Positions 39,518-47,098 of a stretch of DNA of 64,000 nt are shown here, one piece after another; within the stretch, counting starts at the first letter, position 1; the number at the start of each line of letters is the position of its first letter. Below the pieces are notes generated by a model. That model did no database searches, was not told the origin of the DNA, and saw nothing but the letters and a program-made list of their open reading frames with translations. The translations under genes and the position numbers were made by a program. Origin of the DNA: Desulfobacterales bacterium (lineage in GTDB: Bacteria > Desulfobacterota > Desulfobacteria > Desulfobacterales > SpSt-501); the NCBI GenBank assembly GCA_030834695.1, contig JAUQXK010000031.1, positions 24,079 through 88,078 on the forward strand. Direction: 5' to 3'.

Positions 39518-39736
39518 TCAGATGGGCTTGGGCTTGGTGTTGGCAGGCGCGGGTTTAGGAAGTGAAGTGCCCACCCGGGCAGGCTTACGTCTTCGTTTCT
39601 CACGGCGATGGAGCGAGGTTCCGATCATCAGCATCGACGCATGGACGGCAAAAAAATAAAAGAGGTTTCCTTCAGCCGAATGCGCCCCCAGGACCGCCAT
39701 TGCCGCCGCCAGCCAGAATAAAATTTTAGACCCCAT
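39518..39736 (-). CDS. small membrane protein (72 aa, two predicted TM helices, basic Pro/Lys tail)
   Basis: ATG 39736 lies 7 nt after GGAGG. The hydrophobic segments are ILFWLAAAMAVLGA and LFYFFAVHASMLMIG. Confidence 0.45.
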   Translation of the reverse strand: MGSKILFWLAAAMAVLGAHSAEGNLFYFFAVHASMLMIGTSLHRREKRRRKPARVGTSLPKPAPANTKPKPI

Positions 39737-39914
39737 CGCGTTGCCTCCGATCGAACACGCCCGAGAAAGGTATCGTCACTGTCGCCACAAAACATGAGCC
39801 GAAGGATGCGCCGTCGCTCAAGTCCGGAAATAAGGTGACCGATATATGCAACAGGCACCGTTGCAGGCGCTGCCTGGCGGGGCCACAAGCCCTGTATTCT
39901 GCCTGGAGGACATC

Positions 39915-41027
39915 ATGAAAAAGCCGGTCATGGCCTTTGTCAAGGACCTCAAGTCCAATAAAAAAATGCATTCCCTCGATGAGGCCTCCATCAGACAGGC
40001 CGTGGCTTTGAGGTTGCTGTCGTTGCTGGGTTGGGATATTTTCAACGTGGAAGAGGTCTACCCGGATTTTTCGTCCGAGTCCGTGACGGTGTCCTATGCG
40101 TTGCGCATCGACGGCGTCGGCAAGATGATTCTGGACGTGAAGCGTCCGGGCGAAAACCCGGATGAACTGCATAAGCAACTCGTTGCCTTTGCCGCCCGCG
40201 AAGGCGTTGACCTTGCCGCGCACACCGATGGGGCCCGCTGGTGGTTTTACTTGCCGACGGTCAAGGGTAGCCTGGCCCAGAAACGCTGCCATGTCTGCGA
40301 TTTGTTCGAACAAAAGCCGGAGGACATGGCGTTAGACCTGATGGCTTTTTTAAGCCGGGACAAGATCCTCAGCGGTGAATACCTCGAGTCGGCCAAAACG
40401 GCCTATCAGAAACATAAGCGCAAAATGGCGGCCAATGTCCTGCCGGACGCCTGGAACCGGGTGCTGACAGGGCCGAATAAGATCCTGGTGGAAATTTTAA
40501 GCGATGCGACCGAAAAAATATGCGGCTACAAAGCCGATCCGGGAGTGGTGGAGGAATTCATTCGGGCCCACTTCGAACAGTGGGCGCTTGCGCGCGAGCA
40601 GGTCAATGCCCCCCCGGCGCCCCCCCCATCCAACACGCGGATGGCTCCGTCCTTCCCCGTGCTCTCCGACAACAGCTCCGACATCAAAACCAAGAAACCC
40701 GAATTCTTTGCAGACAAAACGATTACCTCCTTCAGCTTCCAGGGCAACACGTACCCGGTAAAAACCTGGGAGGACATGTTGACCACGCTATGCAACTGTT
40801 TCGCTTCCACCCACTCTCAGGATTTTGAAAAAGTGCTCTGGCTTTACGACGACTTGAAGCCCTCTTTCTCGCGTTATTCGGACCAGCTGAGAATCCCGGA
40901 AAAAATCCGCAAGACGAACATCTACGTGGAAACCAAACTGCCCCCCGATGAAATCGTGAAAACCGTGGGCGACCTGCTGACCGAATTCGGCTACGCCCAC
41001 GACGATTTGGTTATCACCACCCAGTAA
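39915..41027 (+). CDS. hypothetical protein with an N-terminal HsdR_N-like (type I restriction enzyme R N-terminal, PD-(D/E)xK-like) domain
   Basis: ATG 39915 follows GGAGG. The N-terminal pattern is LDEASIRQAVALRLLSLLGWDIFNVEEVYPDF...VSYALRIDG..KMILDVKRPG. The C-terminal ~200 aa are unassigned. Confidence 0.55.
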   Translation: MKKPVMAFVKDLKSNKKMHSLDEASIRQAVALRLLSLLGWDIFNVEEVYPDFSSESVTVSYALRIDGVGKMILDVKRPGENPDELHKQLVAFAAREGVDLAAHTDGARWWFYLPTVKGSLAQKRCHVCDLFEQKPEDMALDLMAFLSRDKILSGEYLESAKTAYQKHKRKMAANVLPDAWNRVLTGPNKILVEILSDATEKICGYKADPGVVEEFIRAHFEQWALAREQVNAPPAPPPSNTRMAPSFPVLSDNSSDIKTKKPEFFADKTITSFSFQGNTYPVKTWEDMLTTLCNCFASTHSQDFEKVLWLYDDLKPSFSRYSDQLRIPEKIRKTNIYVETKLPPDEIVKTVGDLLTEFGYAHDDLVITTQ

Positions 41028-41106
41028 CCGGCTCTGTGTCCAAGGTTCGGGGCCCACGACCCAAGCAGCCATCCCGAATATCCGCTAATCCAGCGGCTTG
41101 CTTCCT

Positions 41107-41146
41107 GCACCGCACACCGTGTGCCGTGCGCTTTTCGCCGTTTTTT
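41107..41146 (+). terminator. candidate rho-independent terminator after the HsdR_N-like gene
   Basis: GCAC-c-GCA(caccgtg)TGC-c-GTGC stem at 41107-41129, followed by the T-runs CTTTTCGCCGTTTTTTC. Confidence 0.35.
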
Positions 41147-41184
41147 CTTGACAAAGGACGGCCGTACGGAACACAGATGGGCGC

Positions 41185-42624
41185 ATGGCCGACACGTTTC
41201 TTTTCTACGACACCGAGACCTCGGGCCTGAATCGGGCATTCGATCAGATTCTCGAATTTGCAGCCATCCGCACGGACCTCCGGCTGAATGAACTGGAGCG
41301 CTTCAGCGTCCGGATTCGGCTGCGGCCGGATGTGGTCCCCTCCCCCCAGGCCATTCTGGTCAACCGCATCCGCACCGACCGCTTTTCGTCGGGCCGCTGT
41401 GAATACGAGGCGATGCGAGAGATCCATGCGCAAGTGAACCGGCCGGGGACCACGAGCATCGGCTACAATTCGATCGGATTCGATGATGAGTTTTTGCGCT
41501 TTTCCTTTTACCGTAACCTGCTGCCGCCTTACACGCATCAATATGCCAGCCACTGCCGACGGATGGACCTTCTGCCCATTGCCATCATTTACTGGCTCTA
41601 TCGCGGCGACGTGCTGCAGTGGCCGGTCCTCAACGGAAAAGCCTCTTTGAAGCTGGAGGACATCGGGTCGCTCAACGAACTTTTTACGGGCCCGTCCCAC
41701 GAGGCCATGTCCGACGTAGAGGCTGCTTTAAGGCTCGCTCGGATTCTTTCCAGCGACCCGAAGATGTGGCTGTACCTGGACGGCTGTTTCCGCAGGGATG
41801 TGGACGCACAGCGCGCAGAGGAACTCCCTGCCGTGATCCGGAGCAGCCTGGGACCTCATCCGTTGGCTCTGCTGACGGGCAGTGAATTCGGCACCCGCCT
41901 GGCGTTTCAGGCACCGGTGGTGTCGATCGGATCTTCAATTCCTTATCCCAAGCAGACCCTCTGGCTGCGCCTGGACCTGCCCGATCTACGGGAAACCCGA
42001 CTCGAATCCATAGCCGATACCACCTGGGTGGCCCGCAAACGCTTCGGCGAACCGGCCATCCTGCTTCCGCCTCATGAACGCTACCTCGAGCGGATCGACC
42101 CCGATCGCCGCCAATGCATGCAGACAAACCTCGAATGGCTGGAGTCCCGCCCGCACGTTTTCGAGCGCATCATCCGCCACCACCGCCACTACCGTTACCC
42201 GTTCATACCGGACCTGGATGTCGATGCCGGCCTTTACCAGAACGGCTTTTTCGCAAAGTCGGATGAGGCCCTATGCCGCGAATTTCACGCCGGAGCTCTG
42301 CCCGCGAAAATCGCCACCCTCAACCGTTTCGCCGGGAGAGAGGCCCGCAGCCTGGCCGCTCGGGTGCTGTTCCGAAACCACACGGCCGACCTGCCCGATC
42401 CTCTTCGGGCCGAGTCCACCGCTTTTCTGGAACGCATTCGCCGCGGAGAGCCGATGCTGGACTTTACCGGCAGCCCGCGCCGCAGCCCGCAGTCGGCGCT
42501 GTCAGAAATAAATCAGTTGCAGCCGTCGGCCGGGCCCGGCACCGAACCGGCGGATATTTTGGCGGACCTGGAACACTACATCAAGAACCGTTTCGTCAAC
42601 GGCTTTGACGCGGGTAAAACATGA
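41185..42624 (+). CDS. sbcB: exodeoxyribonuclease I
   Basis: 479-aa ORF. The DEDDh exonuclease N-terminus is FLFYDTETSGLNRAFDQILEFAAIRTD and the later motif is HEAMSDVEA. The length matches ExoI. Confidence 0.88.
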   Translation: MADTFLFYDTETSGLNRAFDQILEFAAIRTDLRLNELERFSVRIRLRPDVVPSPQAILVNRIRTDRFSSGRCEYEAMREIHAQVNRPGTTSIGYNSIGFDDEFLRFSFYRNLLPPYTHQYASHCRRMDLLPIAIIYWLYRGDVLQWPVLNGKASLKLEDIGSLNELFTGPSHEAMSDVEAALRLARILSSDPKMWLYLDGCFRRDVDAQRAEELPAVIRSSLGPHPLALLTGSEFGTRLAFQAPVVSIGSSIPYPKQTLWLRLDLPDLRETRLESIADTTWVARKRFGEPAILLPPHERYLERIDPDRRQCMQTNLEWLESRPHVFERIIRHHRHYRYPFIPDLDVDAGLYQNGFFAKSDEALCREFHAGALPAKIATLNRFAGREARSLAARVLFRNHTADLPDPLRAESTAFLERIRRGEPMLDFTGSPRRSPQSALSEINQLQPSAGPGTEPADILADLEHYIKNRFVNGFDAGKT

Positions 42625-43790
42625 GCGCACCTCGGCCGGCAATGGACCGCCTTCGGCGCCAGTGGGCCGTCCTTGCAGCAATCGGCGCCGCCGGCACCGT
42701 CAGCGTCGCCGGCGCCCTGGCGCTGCGGGTCAGCCTGGGCGCAGCCATTCGCTGGAGCATTCCCACCGTCGTCGTTCTATCCTGGTTTCTTTGGCGCCTG
42801 CGAACCTCCTTGGATCGCAATCATCCCCCCGACGTCCCTGGATTGCATCCATCCCTCGGCGCTGCCAATGTGATCACCATGGCGCGGGCGGCGCTGGCAG
42901 CGTCGCTGGCCGGATTTCTTTTCCAGACGCCGATCATGGCGGCGGGCACCGTCTGGGACTGGCTGCCGGGGCTGGTCTATCTTTCCGTGGTGGCCATGGA
43001 TTTCGCCGACGGCCAAGTCGCGCGCATCACTGGAAACGTCACGTGCCTGGGAGCGTATCTCGACACTCAGGCCGATGCGCTCGGGTTGCTGCTGGCCGGT
43101 CTGCTCCTGGTAATCAGCGCCAAAGCCCCGCTGCCCTATCTTTGGGTCGGCATCGGCTACTACCTGCTGCAGGCGGCAATCCGGCTGCGCCGCGCCGTCG
43201 GCTGTTCGGTTAAGCCGGTGCCCCCGCGGCCGGACGCTCGGTGGGTGGCCGGATGCCAAATGGTCTTCGCCGCCTTGGCGCTGCTGCCGGTTTTCAAGCC
43301 GGAGGCCACGCAGCCGGCGGCTTGGGTCATGGCCTTGGCGCTGGGAGCCAGTTTGGGCATGGACTGGCATATCATCTGCCGCTCGGCCGTGTCGCCCGAC
43401 CGAACGTCCCCTCGAACACGGGGCGGCATGGCGCGGGCGGTGCTGGCCCGCAGCCTGCCCTTGGCGCTGCGGTTCGCCGTGGCGCTCAGCCTGATCCTGG
43501 CCGTTTTCGCAACGCCGGATGACGGATGGCGCGATGTGCCCGCGCCCGTCCGCGTGGGCGTGCTGGCGTGCGCCGCCCTTTGTGTTTTAGGGGTTGTCGC
43601 CCGGGTTGCTGCAATGCTATTAAGCCTGCTATGCGGGTTTTGGCTGGTTCCGGCGATGCCCGCAGGTGCCGCGACCCTCACCCTGACGGCGGCACTGTCT
43701 TTGGTGATGACCGGTGCCGGCGATGTGCGTCTGTGGCAGCCTGAAGACAGGATTCTGATGGGCACCCCGAGCGCGGACGCCGCCCGTTAA
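42621..43790 (+). CDS. CDP-alcohol phosphatidyltransferase family membrane protein with extra C-terminal TM helices
   Basis: The motif DFADGQVARITGNVTCLGAYLDTQADAL equals D-x2-DG-x2-AR-x8-G-x3-D-x3-D. The ATG overlaps the sbcB stop (ATGA). Confidence 0.8.
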   Translation: MSAPRPAMDRLRRQWAVLAAIGAAGTVSVAGALALRVSLGAAIRWSIPTVVVLSWFLWRLRTSLDRNHPPDVPGLHPSLGAANVITMARAALAASLAGFLFQTPIMAAGTVWDWLPGLVYLSVVAMDFADGQVARITGNVTCLGAYLDTQADALGLLLAGLLLVISAKAPLPYLWVGIGYYLLQAAIRLRRAVGCSVKPVPPRPDARWVAGCQMVFAALALLPVFKPEATQPAAWVMALALGASLGMDWHIICRSAVSPDRTSPRTRGGMARAVLARSLPLALRFAVALSLILAVFATPDDGWRDVPAPVRVGVLACAALCVLGVVARVAAMLLSLLCGFWLVPAMPAGAATLTLTAALSLVMTGAGDVRLWQPEDRILMGTPSADAAR

Positions 43791-43802
43791 CGCCCGGAAG
43801 AA

Positions 43803-44564
43803 ATGGAAAACGAACTCTCCGATCCTACTGCCCGCCATCGCTTCGTTCGGGGGCTGCCGGATTTGAGCGCCCTCCTGTCGGAAGCGGCCGAGTTCCGTTC
43901 CAGGCGGCGCCGTCCGTTCGTGGTGTTAAGCTATGCCCAGAGCGTCGACGGCAGCATTGCCGGCCGGAGGCGCGAGCGCATCCGGCTGAGCGGGGCCGAA
44001 TCCATGCATCTCACCTACTCCATCCGGGCGCGGTGCGATGTGATCTTGGTGGGGATCGGCACCATCCTGGCGGACGATCCCCGTTTGACGGTCAAGCAGG
44101 TGGATGGCCCCCACCCCCATCCCGTCGTTCTGGACACCCGTTTGCGAACCCCGCCGGCGGCTCGCCTGCTTCAGCGGCCGGACGTGCGGCCGTGGCTGAT
44201 CCACGCTCCGGCCGCACCGCCGGAGCGGATTCGCAGGCTGAGCCGGTCCGGCGCGGACCCAATGCCCTGCTCCGCGGCATCCGACGGCCGTATCGACCTG
44301 CCCGCCCTGATGCAGGCACTGGCCGAGCGGGCGGTCAACAGCGTCATGGTGGAAGGCGGCGCCCGGGTGATTACCAGTTTCCTGCGGCAACGGCTGGCGG
44401 ATGTGGTCATCGTCACCATCAGCCCGCAACTGGTCGGCGGCCTGCCCGTGATCGACCCCGGCGAGTCGGACCGGACGCTCGATCTGCACATAGACCATCC
44501 GTTCTACCAGACCCTGGGGCGCGATCTCGTCATATGGGGCCGCCCGCGATGGACGGCCGCATGA
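43803..44564 (+). CDS. RibD C-terminal domain (DHFR-fold) reductase
   Basis: VVLSYAQSVDGSIAGRRRERIRLSGAESMHLTYSIRARCDVILVGIGTILADDPRLTV is typical of 5-amino-6-(5-phosphoribosylamino)uracil reductase-like proteins. Confidence 0.75.
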   Translation: MENELSDPTARHRFVRGLPDLSALLSEAAEFRSRRRRPFVVLSYAQSVDGSIAGRRRERIRLSGAESMHLTYSIRARCDVILVGIGTILADDPRLTVKQVDGPHPHPVVLDTRLRTPPAARLLQRPDVRPWLIHAPAAPPERIRRLSRSGADPMPCSAASDGRIDLPALMQALAERAVNSVMVEGGARVITSFLRQRLADVVIVTISPQLVGGLPVIDPGESDRTLDLHIDHPFYQTLGRDLVIWGRPRWTAA

Positions 44565-45583
44565 ACCGCACCGCCGTCATCATGCACGGCCCCTTCCATA
44601 TCGGCGTGGACCGTGAAGCGTTCCGCCCGCCGGAGTCGGGCGAAGTCCTTGTTCAAGCGCATCGGTCGGCCATCAGCGCCGGCACCGAACTCCTGTTCTA
44701 TCGCGGCCGGGTGCCGCCAGACCAGCCTTTGGACGCAGGGCTGGCATCGCTGGCCGGGCCGGCGGCCTATCCGCTGCGCTACGGATATGCCGCCGTCGGC
44801 CATGTGGTCGGAACCGGCCCGGATGTTTCCGACCGCCTCTTGGGGCGGCGCGTGTTCTGCTTTCACCCGCATGCCAGCCACTTCGCCATAAGAACGACCG
44901 AAATCGTGCCGATTCCGGACAACCTGAACGACCACGACGCATTATTTTTCGCCAATATGGAGACCGCCGTCACCCTGACGCTGGACGGGCGCCCGGCGAT
45001 CGGCGAAACGGCGGCGGTCCTCGGCCAGGGAATCGTGGGACTGCTCACGGCGGCCCTGCTTGGCCGGCATCCGCTGCGCGGGCTTTTCACCGTCGATCCC
45101 ATTCCACGCCGGCGCAGGGCCTCTCTGGATATGGGCGCGCATGCCGCCTGGGATCCTGGGGAGATCACCCAGCTGAAGTCGCAGCTGGCATCCGGCACCG
45201 GCGGCGCCATGGCCGACCTGGTGTTCGAACTCTCGGGCGAACCATCCGCCCTAAATGCCGCCATCGAACTGGCCGGGTTCGGCAGCCGCATCGTCATAGG
45301 CTCCTGGTATGGAACCTCGTCGGCCGGGATCAACCTCGGCAGCCGTTTTCACCGCAGCCGCATCCGCATGATCGCCAGTCAGGTGAGCACCCTGCCCACG
45401 GATTTATCGGCGCGCTGGGACCGGCAGCGGCGCAGGGAGACCGCCTGGGAGATGATTCGTCTCACGCGGCCGGCCCGGCTCATCACTCACGAAATGCCGG
45501 TCGAGCATGCGGCGGAAGCCTATGACCTGCTCGACCGCCGGCCGGAGGAAGCGCTTCAGGTCGTTTTTGCTTATCCAGACTGA
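44561..45583 (+). CDS. medium-chain dehydrogenase/reductase (zinc-ADH-like) family protein
   Basis: ATG 44561 overlaps the upstream stop (ATGA). It has a GroES-like N-terminus (GEVLVQAHRSAISAGTELLFYRG) and a Rossmann segment AVLGQGIVGLLTAALL. The part of the ORF upstream of 44561 overlaps the previous gene and is rejected. Confidence 0.75.
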   Translation: MNRTAVIMHGPFHIGVDREAFRPPESGEVLVQAHRSAISAGTELLFYRGRVPPDQPLDAGLASLAGPAAYPLRYGYAAVGHVVGTGPDVSDRLLGRRVFCFHPHASHFAIRTTEIVPIPDNLNDHDALFFANMETAVTLTLDGRPAIGETAAVLGQGIVGLLTAALLGRHPLRGLFTVDPIPRRRRASLDMGAHAAWDPGEITQLKSQLASGTGGAMADLVFELSGEPSALNAAIELAGFGSRIVIGSWYGTSSAGINLGSRFHRSRIRMIASQVSTLPTDLSARWDRQRRRETAWEMIRLTRPARLITHEMPVEHAAEAYDLLDRRPEEALQVVFAYPD

Positions 45584-45598
45584 TGAGGAGGCATCCGA

Positions 45599-45976
45599 AT
45601 GTACACCGTTGCAGTCCAGGGCGAGCTCATCGCTCAGCATTACCTGATCGGCGCGGATTTCGGATTGGAGAACCAACTTCATTCTCACGCATACCGCATC
45701 GAATTTCGACTGAGCGGCAACGGCCTGGACCCCCACGGGTTCCTGGCGGATATCGACGCGATGTCGACGGCGCTCGATGAGGCGCTGGCCGGTTTCCGCG
45801 ACAAGACCCTGAACGATCTTCCGGAGTTTCAGGGGCTCAACCCGAGCATCGAGCATCTGGCGCGAATCCTGTGCCGCACCCTGCAGCCCCGATTCCCAAA
45901 CGCCGACCTGCGCGAAGTCGCCGTGACGATCTGGGAAACCCCCAGTGCTTGGGCGGCCTACCGGGAAACGATCTGA
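45599..45976 (+). CDS. 6-pyruvoyl-tetrahydropterin synthase/QueD (COG0720) family protein, atypical active site
   Basis: 125-aa ORF with the SD GAGGAGG. A three-His pattern is present (H14, H28, H30: AQH...LHSH), as is the LND motif. Confidence 0.72.
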   Translation: MYTVAVQGELIAQHYLIGADFGLENQLHSHAYRIEFRLSGNGLDPHGFLADIDAMSTALDEALAGFRDKTLNDLPEFQGLNPSIEHLARILCRTLQPRFPNADLREVAVTIWETPSAWAAYRETI

Positions 45977-47073
45977 TGCAGGTCGGCCTGGTCATCCGCG
46001 GCCGAATCGACACCCTGACCGGCGGATATCTCTACGACCGATTTCTGCGGGATGCCCTGTGCGCACGCGGCCACCGGGTGGAGGTGATCTCGTTGCCCTT
46101 GAAGCCCTATGCGTGGGGCCTTCTGGACAACCTCTCCGGCGCAACGACGGCCCGGCTGACCCACCGCAGGTGGGACCTGCTGCTGCAGGACGGGTTGTGC
46201 CATCCGTCCCTGATACGCGCCAACCGCCGCATTCGCGTCCGGCGGCGATCGACGATCGTCGCCATCGTGCACCAGGTGCTTTGCCGGCAGCCCCGCCGCC
46301 GGCTTCTCAATTGCGCCTACGGTTGGATGGAGCGGCTTTATTTTCGAACGACCGATGGGTTTCTGCTGACCAGCCGCTACACCCGCGACGCGGCCCGAAG
46401 GCTGGCGGCGGATAACGCCCCGATGCAGGTCGTCCCCCCGGCCGGGGACCGATTGGGGCAGAGCCTATCGCAGCAAGCCATCCTCGAACGCAGCCATCGA
46501 GCCGGCCCGCTGCAGTTGCTGTTCGTCGGCAACCTCTCGCCCGTCAAGGGCCTGGATTCCCTGTTGGAAAGCCTGTCACGCCTGCCGCCTGCCATGTGGC
46601 GGCTGGCCGTCGCGGGCAGTCTGACAGCCGACCGCAAGCACACGCGCGCCATTCGGAACTTTATTTCCGGTCGGGCGATGGGAGCGCAGGTGCAATTGCT
46701 CGATACCGTGGACGGCGATCATCTGCGCGCGTTGTTCACGTCCGCCCAAGTCTTCGTCATGCCCTTCGCGCACGAGAGCTTCGGCATCGCCGCTCTCGAG
46801 GCTATGGGCTTCGGCTTGCCGGTAATCGGTTCTGAAGACGGAGGCGTGAGGGAGTTCGTACATCACGCGCGCAACGGATTTCTGGTGGCGGCCGGGGATC
46901 ATGCGGCCGTTGGTCGCCATCTCGAATTTCTCCACAACGACCGCGCACGGTTGGCGGCAATGGGCCTGGCCGCCCGGCAGACGTTTTCAACGAGCCCCTC
47001 CTGGGCACAATCGATGCAGCGCGCCTGCGAGTTTTTGGAGGGTGTAGCCGGCGCCCGGCCGGGTGATCCCTGA
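45976..47073 (+). CDS. GT4-family (GT-B) glycosyltransferase
   Basis: The ATG overlaps the upstream TGA by 1 nt. The C-terminal motif FVMPFAHESFGIAALEAMGFGLPVIGSEDGGVREFV is the E-x7-E retaining-GT4 signature. Confidence 0.8.
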   Translation: MQVGLVIRGRIDTLTGGYLYDRFLRDALCARGHRVEVISLPLKPYAWGLLDNLSGATTARLTHRRWDLLLQDGLCHPSLIRANRRIRVRRRSTIVAIVHQVLCRQPRRRLLNCAYGWMERLYFRTTDGFLLTSRYTRDAARRLAADNAPMQVVPPAGDRLGQSLSQQAILERSHRAGPLQLLFVGNLSPVKGLDSLLESLSRLPPAMWRLAVAGSLTADRKHTRAIRNFISGRAMGAQVQLLDTVDGDHLRALFTSAQVFVMPFAHESFGIAALEAMGFGLPVIGSEDGGVREFVHHARNGFLVAAGDHAAVGRHLEFLHNDRARLAAMGLAARQTFSTSPSWAQSMQRACEFLEGVAGARPGDP

Positions 47074-47098
47074 GCCGAAAAAAGGGCCGAGGATCGTC

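Noticed and set aside
41014-41700. A 228-aa minus-strand ORF overlapping the 5' part of sbcB.
   Set aside because: It is antisense to a gene with clear DEDDh exonuclease motifs and has no recognisable domain.
44033-44560. The N-terminal 176 codons of the 516-aa ORF containing the MDR dehydrogenase.
   Set aside because: This part overlaps the RibD_C-like gene in another frame and is Arg/Pro/Gly-rich. The dehydrogenase fold begins at ATG 44561, which forms an ATGA overlap with the upstream stop.
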